Assembly: GCA_049967655.1 (NCBI GenBank)
Contig: JBMFSH010000011.1
Coordinates: 1-64,000 of the forward strand
Reading direction: 5' to 3'
Source: Acidobacteriota bacterium
Lineage (GTDB): Bacteria > Acidobacteriota > UBA4820 > DSQY01
Length of the DNA: 64,000 nt
Below the pieces are notes generated by a model. The model made no database searches and was not told the origin of the DNA. It saw only the letters and a program-made list of their open reading frames with translations. The translations under genes were made by a program, and so were the position numbers. This document shows positions 9,644 to 21,300 of the stretch, in pieces (position 1 is the first letter of the stretch; each line of letters begins with the position of its first letter).

Positions 9644-9836
9644 TGTGCTGTCCCAGTAAAGCCTTGACACTGGGCGAAGGTGGCGGACAGCACACCAAGA
9701 GGTGCGGGGAAGAGGCTTCCCCGCTCTTTCGGGGTCACAGCCCGCCGCAGGCGGGCGCCCTAGGGGCGGAGCCCCTGGGGAAGTGTTGTGTCCCTGGTGA
9801 CCGCCTTCTAAGGCTATTTCAGGGACACAACACTAG
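9640..9836. mobile_element. MITE-like element (~197 bp) bounded by CTAG and imperfect terminal inverted repeats
   Basis: Left CTAGTGTGCTGTCCCAGTAAAGCCTT; right end read on the minus strand CTAGTGTTGTGTCCCTGAAATAGCCTT; no coding capacity. Confidence 0.7.
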
Positions 9837-10924
9837 GGGGACCTCGTCCCGTCTGCCTCCCCGTCTTGAACCGGGTAGCGCTGCACGGCGGGGGGCACGA
9901 TCCGCAGGTACTCCTCCCGGCCGATACCGTTGCGCCAGTGGCCCGCGGCCATGGCCAGGGCGATGCCGCCGAAGTAGACCAGCAGCACGAGGGCAAGAGC
10001 CGCGAGGGAGAGGCGGGGGCGCTTGAGACCCGGACGCGGGCCCACCACGAGCGCCGCCGGCTCCGGGCAGGCATCCACGCAGAGCAGGCAGGCCGTGCAC
10101 TCGGGCGAGCGGACGGTCTCCAGCTCGTGGACCTTCAGGTGCATGGGGCAGGCTCTCGTGCAGGCCTGGCAGTGGGTACAGGCCTCGTCCACCCGCCGCA
10201 CCTTCAGCGGGCTCAGCAGGCTGACGAGGCCGGTGAGCGCGCCGTAGGGGCAGAGGTAGCGGCACCAGGCGTTCTGCACGAGGAAGGAGAGGAGCAGGAG
10301 CCCCGCCAGCACCGCGACGGTGAGGGTCGAGGGGTGGGCGAAGAAGGCCAGCATCCGGACGTCGGCCACGCGGTTGTAGGGCCCCTCGATGAAGGCCTCC
10401 AGAGCCCTCAGCGGCATGGCCACGAAGATGAAGTAGGCGAAGAAGGCCAGCAGGAGATACTTGGGCGCCATGAGCACCCCGTCCAGCCAGCGGGGGATCC
10501 GGTGGGCCGGCCAGCGCGGAAAGAGATTCGCCCTCAACCGCCAGAGCCACTCGGAGAGCGCGCCGATGGGGCAGAGCCAGGCGCAGAAGGACTTTTTGAG
10601 CAGGAGGCTCGCGAGGAGGGCCAGCAGAAGGAGCACGGCGGCGGAGGGCTGGACGGCGTCCAGGCGGCCCGTCGCGAGCCAGTGGCGCAGCCCCATGAGG
10701 CCGGCGATGGGCAGGAAGCCGCCCACCCCCGGCGGCCTCGCCGAGGCGGGCAGGCGCGGGTCCAGACAGGAGGCGACGAAGCGGCTGAACTGGACGCCGA
10801 TGGCGAGGACCAGGAGGACCATGAAGAGCTGGAGAGCTCTGCGAAGGCGGGTGGCCGTGGGCTTGAGCCGCCCGCCGTGCTCCTTTTTTTCGGCCTCCCG
10901 GTGCGCGATCTCGGATGCGGCCAT
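9833..10924 (-). CDS. Membrane 4Fe-4S binding protein (NapH/YccM-like)
   Basis: FCAWLCPIG, WCRYLCPYG and two CxxCxxCxxxCP ferredoxin motifs with TM helices; GGAGG RBS. Confidence 0.9.
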   Translation of the reverse strand: MAASEIAHREAEKKEHGGRLKPTATRLRRALQLFMVLLVLAIGVQFSRFVASCLDPRLPASARPPGVGGFLPIAGLMGLRHWLATGRLDAVQPSAAVLLLLALLASLLLKKSFCAWLCPIGALSEWLWRLRANLFPRWPAHRIPRWLDGVLMAPKYLLLAFFAYFIFVAMPLRALEAFIEGPYNRVADVRMLAFFAHPSTLTVAVLAGLLLLSFLVQNAWCRYLCPYGALTGLVSLLSPLKVRRVDEACTHCQACTRACPMHLKVHELETVRSPECTACLLCVDACPEPAALVVGPRPGLKRPRLSLAALALVLLVYFGGIALAMAAGHWRNGIGREEYLRIVPPAVQRYPVQDGEADGTRSP

Positions 10925-11072
10925 GGGCCACCTCCCCAGCGAGGCGGCCAATATGATACCGAATCAGTCCCTTTTCAACGCGGCGGGCTCACGGCCCCCC
11001 CGCCGGGCGCCAGATGCCCCAGGCGCACCACCAAGCAGGCCGGGGAGACGCGAGAGGCGAAAGGCGGAGGCG

Positions 11073-11129
11073 GTGGAGAGTGGAGCGTGGAGGGTGGAGC
11101 CTTCCGCTCATCCATCATCCACCATCCCT
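11073..11129. repeat. Heptamer micro-array GTGGAGN x4 followed by CATCCNN x3
   Basis: Read directly from sequence; related arrays at 13216, 39642, 42980 and 46412. Confidence 0.7.
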
Positions 11130-11266
11130 TATGCGATCTCCCAGCGCGAATGACATCGTATTGCAAGACCCCGTTACGCGCGTCAATAGCGGCGAGGCCC
11201 GTCCCGCCGGGGACGGGCCTCGCTCGACGGATCGCATGCCCGGGGGCGGCAGGAAGGGGAGACCCC

Positions 11267-12184
11267 CTACCACCTCCTCTCGGTGGCCGGGGAGAAGCCC
11301 ACGAGCTGGGCGTGCTCCCCCTCCACGGGCTCGAAGGCCGACATGACGCCCACGCGCCCCGGCCCGTGCAGCCTCAGCCACGTGTAGCGCTGGCTGTAGC
11401 CGCCGAAGAAGCTGAAGGTCTGGCTCGGGTGCTCGAAGTGGAGCTGCATCTGCACGCTCGGGTCCTTGTAGAGGAGCGAGGTGGGTTTGATGAGGATGGT
11501 CTCTCCCGGCTGCAGGTTGCGCACGAAGACGTTGCCCGAGGCGTGGATCAGCAGAAAGCCGGGGCCGGCGGAGGCCGTGAAACGGTCCATGAGCATGCCC
11601 ACGGGGTAGATGGTCTCGGTCTCCGTCTCGTTGCCCTTCCGGATGCGGATCTTGTACCAGACGTTGGTCTGGAACCAGTCGTAGGCCACAGAGTGGGTCG
11701 CCACCACGAGGAGGTGCTCGCGCACGTCCACCGCGTCCCCCTTCTGCAGGGGCAGCGCCAGCAGCTCCCCGGGCGCGTCCCGCGAGAAGGCGATGCGGCC
11801 AGGCCCCTTGGCCTCGGTCATGACGATGGGCATGCCGGCGAGCATGCGTTTGAAGGCTCCCTTGAGGGGCATGGCGCCCACCTGGACCTGGCCGTCCATC
11901 CAGAGGAGCACGTGGTGGGCGAAGTAGACGCCGTCGCCCGCGGCGAGCTGGAGGTCGGCCACGGGCACGTAGGCCCCCTCGATCTGGCAGACGGAGTCGC
12001 CGAACTTGAGCTTGGCCATGTCCTTCTGCGCGGGGGCCTCGCTCCAGCGCGCGGGGGAGACGATGGAGCGCACGTCGATGGGCGAGCCGCAGCCCGGGCA
12101 GGAGAGCGCCGTGCCGTCGCTCGCGGCGCCACAGTAGGGGCAGGTGTAGGTCCGGCCGGCGGCCGGTGCGTTCTGGTCCGCCAT
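11267..12184 (-). CDS. AIM24 (DUF124/TRAP-like) family protein with N-terminal zinc ribbon
   Basis: CPYCG...CPGCG N-terminus; AIM24-like core ending RLHGPGRVGVMS. Confidence 0.85.
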   Translation of the reverse strand: MADQNAPAAGRTYTCPYCGAASDGTALSCPGCGSPIDVRSIVSPARWSEAPAQKDMAKLKFGDSVCQIEGAYVPVADLQLAAGDGVYFAHHVLLWMDGQVQVGAMPLKGAFKRMLAGMPIVMTEAKGPGRIAFSRDAPGELLALPLQKGDAVDVREHLLVVATHSVAYDWFQTNVWYKIRIRKGNETETETIYPVGMLMDRFTASAGPGFLLIHASGNVFVRNLQPGETILIKPTSLLYKDPSVQMQLHFEHPSQTFSFFGGYSQRYTWLRLHGPGRVGVMSAFEPVEGEHAQLVGFSPATERRW

Positions 12185-12193
12185 GGCACCCTC

Positions 12194-13042
12194 CTATTCG
12201 CCCGAGGCGTGGTGCACGTACATGGACTGGATGCCCACCCGGCCGGGGCCCGTCATCTTGGCGAGGCTCATGCCGAAGCCGCCGAAGAACCCCGAGGTGA
12301 GCTTCTGCTGCTGCACCGCCATGGTCACCGTCGAGTCCTTGTAGAGGAAGGCGCCCGGCTCGAGGAGGATGCTCTCGCCCGCCTTCAGGGTCCGCTCGAA
12401 GACGTTGCCGTAGCCGTGGAGGATGAGCAGCCCAGGGGCATTGGTGGTGACGAAGCGGTCCATGAACATGCCCTGCCCGCCGAAGAGGATGTTGGCCAGC
12501 CCCTTGATCCGCACGAAGGAGTAGTGGATGGTGTGGGAAGCCAGGAGGAAGGAGTGTTCCCGCACGTCCAGCTCCATGCCGGGGTGGAGCGGGAGGACCA
12601 CCAGCTCGCCGGTGGCGTCGCGCGAGAAGGCGATGCGGCCCTGTCCCGAGGCCACACTGATGATGAAGGGCATGCCCGCCAGCACCCGCTTGATGCCGCC
12701 GGGGAGCTGGAGGGTCGTCAGCGGGACCGTCTCCTCCTTCCAGAGCATGACGTGGTGCTCGAAGTAGACCGAGTCGCCCGCGGCGATGTGGAGCTCCGCC
12801 ACGGGGACGATCTCGCCCTCTACCTGGCAGGTGCTCTCGCCGAAGTGGATCTCGGTCATGTCGCGGAGCCGGGGCGCCTCACGCCAGCCCGACTCGCTCA
12901 CCAGGTTCCGCACGTCGAGGGGCGCCCCGCAGAAGCGGCAGCTCGTGGCCGTTTTCTCGTTCTGCCCCTGGCACCACTGACACTGGATCCGCTCCAGCGG
13001 GGCCTCTGGCCCGCCGGGCTGGTTCTGGACGCCGTCGCTCAT
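12194..13042 (-). CDS. AIM24 family protein with N-terminal zinc ribbon (paralog of the neighbour)
   Basis: CQWCQ...CRFCG; GGQGMFMDRF, HGYGNVF, KMTGPGRVGIQSM. Confidence 0.87.
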   Translation of the reverse strand: MSDGVQNQPGGPEAPLERIQCQWCQGQNEKTATSCRFCGAPLDVRNLVSESGWREAPRLRDMTEIHFGESTCQVEGEIVPVAELHIAAGDSVYFEHHVMLWKEETVPLTTLQLPGGIKRVLAGMPFIISVASGQGRIAFSRDATGELVVLPLHPGMELDVREHSFLLASHTIHYSFVRIKGLANILFGGQGMFMDRFVTTNAPGLLILHGYGNVFERTLKAGESILLEPGAFLYKDSTVTMAVQQQKLTSGFFGGFGMSLAKMTGPGRVGIQSMYVHHASGE

Positions 13043-13256
13043 GGGACCCCCTCGGGAGCCGTCCGCGGCCGGCCAACCCCCGCGCCGAACCGCCCCGTCT
13101 CGTTCTCTGCCGCGCTCACCGTCTCCCAACGGCCCCGGTCAACCCTGAACTATGCGGCGATTATAACACCACGGAGGCCCTTCCTATTTCAGGAGCGTAT
13201 GGAACGAGTACCGCGGTGGAAAGTGGAGGGTGGAGCCGCCATCTCCGGCTGCGCGC

Positions 13257-14213
13257 CTATCGGGCGGCGGCCCGCTTTCGCTTCGCCTTTTCGGTGGGCC
13301 GGCCGTGGTAGGCGGGCGGGAACTCCTCGCGGACGACGTGCTGGGGCTCATCGGGAACAGCGCGGTAGAAGGCCACGTCGGCCCGGTCGAAGAGGCCGCT
13401 ACTCTCGTGGTGGAGCCTCCGCCACGCCATGCGCAGGTAGTCGATGTCCACGTCCACCCCGATGCCGCGGCGGCCCGTCTTCATGGCCGCGAGGAGGGTG
13501 GTGCCCGTGCCGCAGAAGGGGTCGAGGACGGTGTCGCCGTGGAAGGAGAACATCCGCACCAGCCGGTGCGCAAGGGTGAGGGGGAAGGGCGCCGGATGCT
13601 GCTTGGTGGAGGCCCCGCTGAGGTTCCAGAACTGCTGGAACCACTCGGCGTGCTCCTCCTTGCTCATCCGGCTGAGGCGCCTCTGCTCCTCGGTGGGCTT
13701 GCGGTAGCCGCCCGGCTTGCGCTGCATCAGGATGAATTCGATGTCGTTCTTGATGATGGCGTTGGGCTCGTAAGGCTTGCCGAGGAAGGTGCTCCCGTTG
13801 CTCACCTCGTAGCTGGCATTGGCGATCTTGTGCCAGATGATGGGGTTCAGGTTGTCGAAGCCGATCTTCCGGCAGAGCACCGCGATGTCGGCGTGCAGGG
13901 GCACGACCACGTGCCGCCCGAAGGTCCTGCGGGAGAGGCAGACGTCACCGACGACGCAGACGAGCCTCCCGCCGGGCACGAGCACCCGGAACACCTCCCG
14001 CCAGACCTGGCGCAGGGCCTCCAGGAACTGTTCGTAGTCGGCCACGTGGCCGAGCTGCCCCTCCACCTCGTTGTAGCGCTTCAGCGTCCAATACGGCGGT
14101 GAGGTCACCACGAGGTGGACCGACTCGTCGGCAAGGTAGGGCATGGCGCGCGCATCGCCCAGAATGAGCTGATGGCAGGAGGGATCAAGAAGCTCGTCGG
14201 GCATGATGGCCAT
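13257..14213 (-). CDS. Site-specific DNA methyltransferase, beta class (N4-C/N6-A)
   Basis: Catalytic motif VTSPPY precedes SAM-binding motif VLDPFCGTGTT; HPAPFP. Confidence 0.92.
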   Translation of the reverse strand: MAIMPDELLDPSCHQLILGDARAMPYLADESVHLVVTSPPYWTLKRYNEVEGQLGHVADYEQFLEALRQVWREVFRVLVPGGRLVCVVGDVCLSRRTFGRHVVVPLHADIAVLCRKIGFDNLNPIIWHKIANASYEVSNGSTFLGKPYEPNAIIKNDIEFILMQRKPGGYRKPTEEQRRLSRMSKEEHAEWFQQFWNLSGASTKQHPAPFPLTLAHRLVRMFSFHGDTVLDPFCGTGTTLLAAMKTGRRGIGVDVDIDYLRMAWRRLHHESSGLFDRADVAFYRAVPDEPQHVVREEFPPAYHGRPTEKAKRKRAAAR

Positions 14214-14214
14214 C

Positions 14215-14955
14215 CTAGCTCGTCGCATGGACGGCGATCTGGGCCGCCAGCGAACGGGCAAACAGGGCGAAGGTGAGATCCTCGGCGGGGCAGGCGTACC
14301 GCCCTTGCAGGCCACTCTCCGCGTCCGAGGTCAGAAAAGCCGCGGCGCTGTAGTGGCGCTCGCGCACGAGCTTGCGGCAGAAAAGCTCGTAACGCCGTGC
14401 ATAGGAGGCGCCCTTGAATTCGGGAAAGACCTGGAAGTGGGGCTCCTGGACGGAGACGGGCCGGCGGGAGCCCGCGCAGTCCTCCAGCAGGAAGAGGTAA
14501 CCCAGCCAGGGGCGGGCGGTCCGGCTGAAGGCGCCTTCGCGGTAGGCGGTCCACAGGTCCATGGCGCTCCCCACGGCCTCCTCGGTGCGGTTATTGAAGT
14601 TGTTGCCGAAGGAGGGGCCGACCTGGGACTTGGCCTCGATGACCGCCACCAACTGGCCCTCTTTCACTACCAGAAGGTCCCACTCCTTCGTGGGCCTGAA
14701 GAAGCCGGGCAGCTCGAGGGCCCTTTGATAGTGGATGTGCCTCGCCTCCAGGCCCGTGGCGAGGATCACCTCGGTCAGGAGCCCGATGAAACCATCCATC
14801 TGCGCGCCCCCCGTGACCGCGCTGCGGGCGCCCTGGTCTTTCTGCCCCGAAGCGCCCTGCCTGCGGGCCTGTCTCTCGCGCGTCCTCCAGAAGTGCCGCA
14901 CCGCCTCTCCCACTCGAACGTCCAGATCGTGAAGGACCATGGAGAGATCAGGCAT
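14215..14955 (-). CDS. Type II restriction endonuclease, XhoI/PaeR7I family
   Basis: LPGFFRPTKEWDLLVV...IEAKSQVGPSFGNNFNNRTEEAVGSA.DLWTAYREG signature; adjacent to the methyltransferase. Confidence 0.88.
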   Translation of the reverse strand: MPDLSMVLHDLDVRVGEAVRHFWRTRERQARRQGASGQKDQGARSAVTGGAQMDGFIGLLTEVILATGLEARHIHYQRALELPGFFRPTKEWDLLVVKEGQLVAVIEAKSQVGPSFGNNFNNRTEEAVGSAMDLWTAYREGAFSRTARPWLGYLFLLEDCAGSRRPVSVQEPHFQVFPEFKGASYARRYELFCRKLVRERHYSAAAFLTSDAESGLQGRYACPAEDLTFALFARSLAAQIAVHATS

Positions 14956-15085
14956 ACGCGGCTCCCCGAGCCGAACCCGTGTCCGCGCTGCCCGCGCCCA
15001 CGCTTTCGTCCTGAACGTGCTCCCGCAGGATCACCAGCTTGTCCCCGAAAGACGGCCCGCTCCGCCTGTTCGTCCCCTTGCTCAT
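14948..15085 (-). pseudogene. Possible truncated XRE/controller (C) protein remnant, 45 aa
   Basis: MSKGTNRRSGPSFGDKLVILRE resembles helix 1 of an XRE HTH; overlaps the endonuclease start as C genes do; the rest of the HTH is absent. Confidence 0.3.
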
Positions 15086-15563
15086 GTCGGGAATCCCTCC
15101 GCGGGGCATTATAGCGCAGGGGCGGCAAAGACAAGCCTTCCTTCGACTGCTGCCGTCCCTTCGATTTTCGCTGCAAGAGAAAAGCGGCGTCCCGGTGACG
15201 GATGCGGAGGGAAGACAGAGTCTCATCAATGCGGCCGGCGCGGGCCGGCCGCCGCGCGGAAGGCGCGGCGCGATCGGCGGGGCAAGAACAGTGAGGAGTG
15301 CGGAGTATGGAGGTCTGCCTTCGAAGGGCCGGCGAAGGGCTTCGCCTCCCACGGCGGCGGCGGGCGCCAGCCGTCGAGTTGGCAGGACTCCTGGTCGTCG
15401 TGCGGGCGCCGCCCCCCACTATCAACCATCAGTAGGGCACCCTCCGAAAGATCGCGGCCGGAAGGCCGGTCCCGCGACGGCGGCCTGAGGGGAGAGGGCG
15501 CCAGCCGATGCGAGCATCGGCCGCTACGGCAGAATGCCTTGCCTTCGAAGGCCCTCCCGCGCC

Positions 15564-15595
15564 CTCCTCACTTCCTGACTTCCTCACCTCCTCAC
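15564..15595. repeat. Tandem octamer array (YTCCTCAC-like) x4
   Basis: ctcctcac ttcctgac ttcctcac ctcctcac; related to the 4551 array. Confidence 0.65.
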
Positions 15596-15737
15596 GGTGT
15601 CGCGCTCTGGAGAGCGCTCCTACAGGTTTTTCAATAGCGTGCCCTTCTCCGTGCTCTCCGCGCTCTCCGTGGTGAGGCTTCTCCCCTTCGCCTTTGGCGC
15701 TCCGGTTGCTACAATCCACCTGGAGGTTTCACCGCCC

Positions 15738-17420
<1,683 letters not shown>

Positions 17421-17539
17421 GGCGAGAAGCTAGGCGGGAAACGTGAGGCGCGAGGCCGAAGGATACAGGTGGAGACGAGGAACCCCGGCGCCCTGTTCGC
17501 TTCCTCGCCTCCTCACGATCTATCCGTAAGGAGGCACCC

Positions 17540-18259
17540 ATGAAGGTCCTTGGGAACCATCTGCTGACGGCCGTGCTGGCGGGAATTCTGCTGGTCGCGG
17601 GTACTTGCCCGGCACCCCGGACGCAGTTGGACAGGCTCCTGTCGCGGGGCGGAGGAGTGGACGAGAAGACAGCCGCGGCGGGGCTGAAGGAAGCGCTTCA
17701 GGTGGGGGCGGAGCGGGCCGTCCTCCAGACCTCCAAGGTGAACGGCTTCTTGGGCAACGCCCTCATCCGCATCGCCCTGCCGAAGGAAATCCGCCCCATG
17801 GCCGACGCGCTGCGCAAGATCGGCATGGGCAAGGAGGTGGACGAGCTGGAGGTGGCCATGAACCGGGCTGCGGAGAAGGCGGCCGGCGAGGCGAGGCCCA
17901 TCTTCGCCGACGCCATCCACCAGATTACACTTAAGGACGCCCTCCACATCCTGAGCGGTGGTGACACGGCCGCCACCCAGTACTTCCGCGCCCATACCTC
18001 CGCCGCCCTGGACGCCAAGTTCCTCCCCATCGTGACGAAGAGCATGGAGAAGGTGGGCGCGGCCCAGCAGTACAACCGCCTGATCGAGCGCTACAACGAG
18101 CTGCCCTTCGTCACGAAGCCGGCGGTGAACCTCGACCAGTACGTCACCAACCGGACCCTCGCGGGTCTCTTCACCGTCCTGGGCCAGCAGGAGAAGCACA
18201 TCCGGAAACACCCCGCGGCGAGGACCACCGATCTGCTCAAGGAGGTCTTCGGCCGGTAG
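17540..18259 (+). CDS. DUF4197 domain-containing secreted protein
   Basis: Signal peptide; GLKEAL..G, MNRAAE.A, AATQYF, E..IR..PAARTT.LLKEVFG. Confidence 0.9.
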   Translation: MKVLGNHLLTAVLAGILLVAGTCPAPRTQLDRLLSRGGGVDEKTAAAGLKEALQVGAERAVLQTSKVNGFLGNALIRIALPKEIRPMADALRKIGMGKEVDELEVAMNRAAEKAAGEARPIFADAIHQITLKDALHILSGGDTAATQYFRAHTSAALDAKFLPIVTKSMEKVGAAQQYNRLIERYNELPFVTKPAVNLDQYVTNRTLAGLFTVLGQQEKHIRKHPAARTTDLLKEVFGR

Positions 18260-18340
18260 GCCGCGCCGGGACCACTCCCTCCGCCGGCCGGGCTAGCGCC
18301 CAGCCGGCCGGCGACCCACAATTTGGCCATCTTCATGGAC

Positions 18341-18373
18341 TGAAAGGGCCGCCCGAGCGGGCGGCCCTTTTCA
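18341..18373. terminator. Bidirectional intrinsic terminator
   Basis: AAAGGGCCGCCCG-AG-CGGGCGGCCCTTTT between convergent genes. Confidence 0.85.
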
Positions 18374-18396
18374 GCCTCAAGTAGTAAGAAACCCGG

Positions 18397-21300
18397 TCAC
18401 GGCCCCGGCGGGGGCAGGACGGGGTGGTAGTCGGGGTAGGGCGGCCGCTCGTAGTGGGGCGGGGGGTTCTCCTTGAGCTTCTCCATCAGGAGCTCCACCG
18501 TCTTTTCGAGCTGCGGATCGTGCCCCTCGCGCACGAGCTTGGGGTCCTGCCAGACCGTCACGTCCGGGGCAATGCCGTGGTTCTCCACGTCCCAGTGGCC
18601 GCTCAGGCCGTAGATGGCCCAGCGCGGCGCCGTGACCATGCCGCCGTCCATGAGGCGCGGGTAGCCGCCGATGCCCACGAGGCCGCCCCAGGTGCGCTCC
18701 CCCACGAGGGGGCCGATGTGGGCCTTGCGGAAGTACCAGGGCATGGCGTCCCCGCCCGACCCCGCGAACTGGTTGATGATCATCGCCTTGGGGCCGTAGA
18801 TGGCCTCCGTCGGCTCGGTGTAGGCCTCGCCCTCGCGCGTCATGACCCGGCTCATGGGGACGCGGCTCAGGGTGTCGATGATGTAGTCGGCGAGCTGGCC
18901 GCCGTGGTTGTAGCGCTCGTCGAGCACCGCCCCCTCCTTGCCGACCTGGGCGAAGTAGTAGCGGTTGAAGCTGGTGAAGCCGCCGAACTGGGTATCGGGG
19001 AGGTAGACGTAGGCCAGCTTGCCGCCGCTCAGGGCGTCCACCTTCCGCCGGTTGGCCTCGACCCAATCCTCGTGGCGCAGTCCGAACTCGCTCTCCACGG
19101 GCACCACCGTGACGTCGCGGGCGCCCGTGCCGTCGGGGTTGGGCCCCACGCGGATCACGGTCTGCTGGCCCGCCGTTCCCTGGAAGAAGCTGAAGACGTT
19201 GTCGGAGGCGGTCAGGTTGCGGCCGTTCACGGCCAGCAGGTAGTCGCCCGCCTTCACGTCCATGCCGGGCTGGGTGAGAGGTGCCTGGAGCTTGGGGTTC
19301 CAGTTCTCTCCGCTGTAGATCTTGGCGAAGCGGTAGCGGCCGTGGTCGATGGCGTAGTCGGCTCCCAGCAGGCCCACGGAGACCTTGTGCTCCTTCGGCT
19401 CCGTCCCGCCGCGCACGAACATGTGACCCACGGACAGGTAGGAGAGCATCCGCCGGAAGAGGAAGGTGAGGTCGTCCCGGCTGGCGATGCCGGGGAGGTA
19501 GACCATGAAGGTCCTCTTCGCCGCGGCCAAATCGAGGCCGTGGAAGTGCGGGTCGTAGAAGAAGTCCCGCTCGATGCGCCACACCTCGTCGTACATCTGG
19601 CGCCACTCCTCGCGAGGCACCACGTAGACCTTCATGGCGGCCGTGTCGATCTTGCCCTCGCCCGGCTTGGGCGGCGCGCCGGTCTTGGCGATGAACCAGT
19701 CTTTTCCCTTTTGGTAGAGCATCTTCTCGCCGTTGAAGGAGAGGACGAAGTTGTTCACCCCGTCGAGGAGAGGCTCGAGCTTGCGCTTCTCGAGATCGAA
19801 GTGCTTCACGGCCATGGCCGGCGGCTCGTCTCCGACCTCCACCACGGGCTCCTCCATCAGGAAGAGCTGGCCGGCCGTGCCCGCGGAGAGCCCCGTGTAG
19901 TTGGCGGCGGGAACGGGCAGGGCGAGGGTCCTCTGGAGCAGGCCGTCGAAGTCGATGCGCACCTCGGGCGGTTTCTCGCTCTCCTCCTTGGCCGCGCTCT
20001 TGGCCGGGGCGGCGCCCTCCTTCTTCTCGCCCTCCTTGGGCTTGGGGGCCTTCTCGTCGTCGCTTTGGGGCGCCAGCGGTGAGGGGAGCTCCTTGCGCAG
20101 GACGGCCACGTAGACGGAGCTCGTCACGGGCCGCGCCTCGCTCGTCATGTCCAGCCAACCGGCCGCCAGGCCCGTGTCGGTGCTCGCCGTAAAGAAGAGG
20201 TACTTGCCGCTCCGGTCGAAGACGGGGTAGAGGCAGTCGCTCATGCCGTCCGTGACCTGGGTCGCTTTACCCGTGGCAAGCGAGTAGACGAAGACGGCGT
20301 GGAGGTGGTTGGGGAGCTGCTTCGTGTAGGTCAGCCAGCGGCTGTCGGGCGACCATTCCTGGTCGAACTCGTGGGCGGGCGTGTCGTAGAGGTCCGTGTC
20401 CACCTTCACCGGGACGGGGTGATCGAGGTCCACGAACCATAGGTTCAGGCGTTTGTCGCTGTAGGCGATCTTCTTGCCGTCGGGCGACCAGACGGGATCG
20501 TAGAAGAACGAAGGCGGCTCGCCGAGGGAGATGTCGCGCACGGGCCCCAGGCCGGTTTGGCTTGCGATGTGGAGCGCGTACTCGCCGGAGGCGTCGGAGA
20601 AGTAGGCGATGGACTGGCCGTCGGGCGACCAGGCGGGGTTGCGCTCCATGACCCCCGGCGTGGAGGTGATGTCACGCACGTCGCCCTTCTCGGCGGGTAC
20701 CGTGAGGATGTCGCCGTGGGCCTCGAAGACGGCGCGGGCGCCGGTGGGCGAGAGGTCGGCGTTGGCGATCTGATTGGCGACCTTCTCGAAGTGGGGCCGC
20801 ACCTGCGGCATGTCGCCCGCGACCCTGATCGCGACGGGCGAGGTGGTGCGCGTGGCGAGGTCGTAGAGGAAGATTTCCCCCATCCGCGAGTAGACGATGG
20901 CGCCGGGGCCCGCCGAGGCGGAGTCGATGTTGTAGCCCTGGTTGTCGATGCACCGCGTGACGGTGCCGCTCTTGGTGTCGTAGGCGAAGAGGGTCTGGGG
21001 GCCGCTGCGGTCCGAGAGGAAGTAGACCGTGTCGCCCACCCACATGGGGTCGCGGTCGTTGGAGTTCTCCCGCGGGATCTTGACGACGCTCGAATCGGAG
21101 AGGCGCGCGATCCAGATGGGCGTGGTCTGGCCGCCCCGGTAGTCGCGCCAGTCGGGCTCCCACTGGAAGACGGGGCTGTAGGCGATGCGGCTGCCGTCGG
21201 GCGAAAAGGAGCCGTCCTCCGCCATGGGGAGGGGCAGGGGCGTGGGCAGGCCGCCCGTCAGCGGCACGAGAAAGAGCTGGTCCGAATCGTTCGTAGCGTC

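Noticed and set aside
9866..13579. 1237-aa ORF on the + strand
   Set aside because: Antisense shadow of the 4Fe-4S, AIM24 and methyltransferase genes; no domain motifs; typical high-GC artefact
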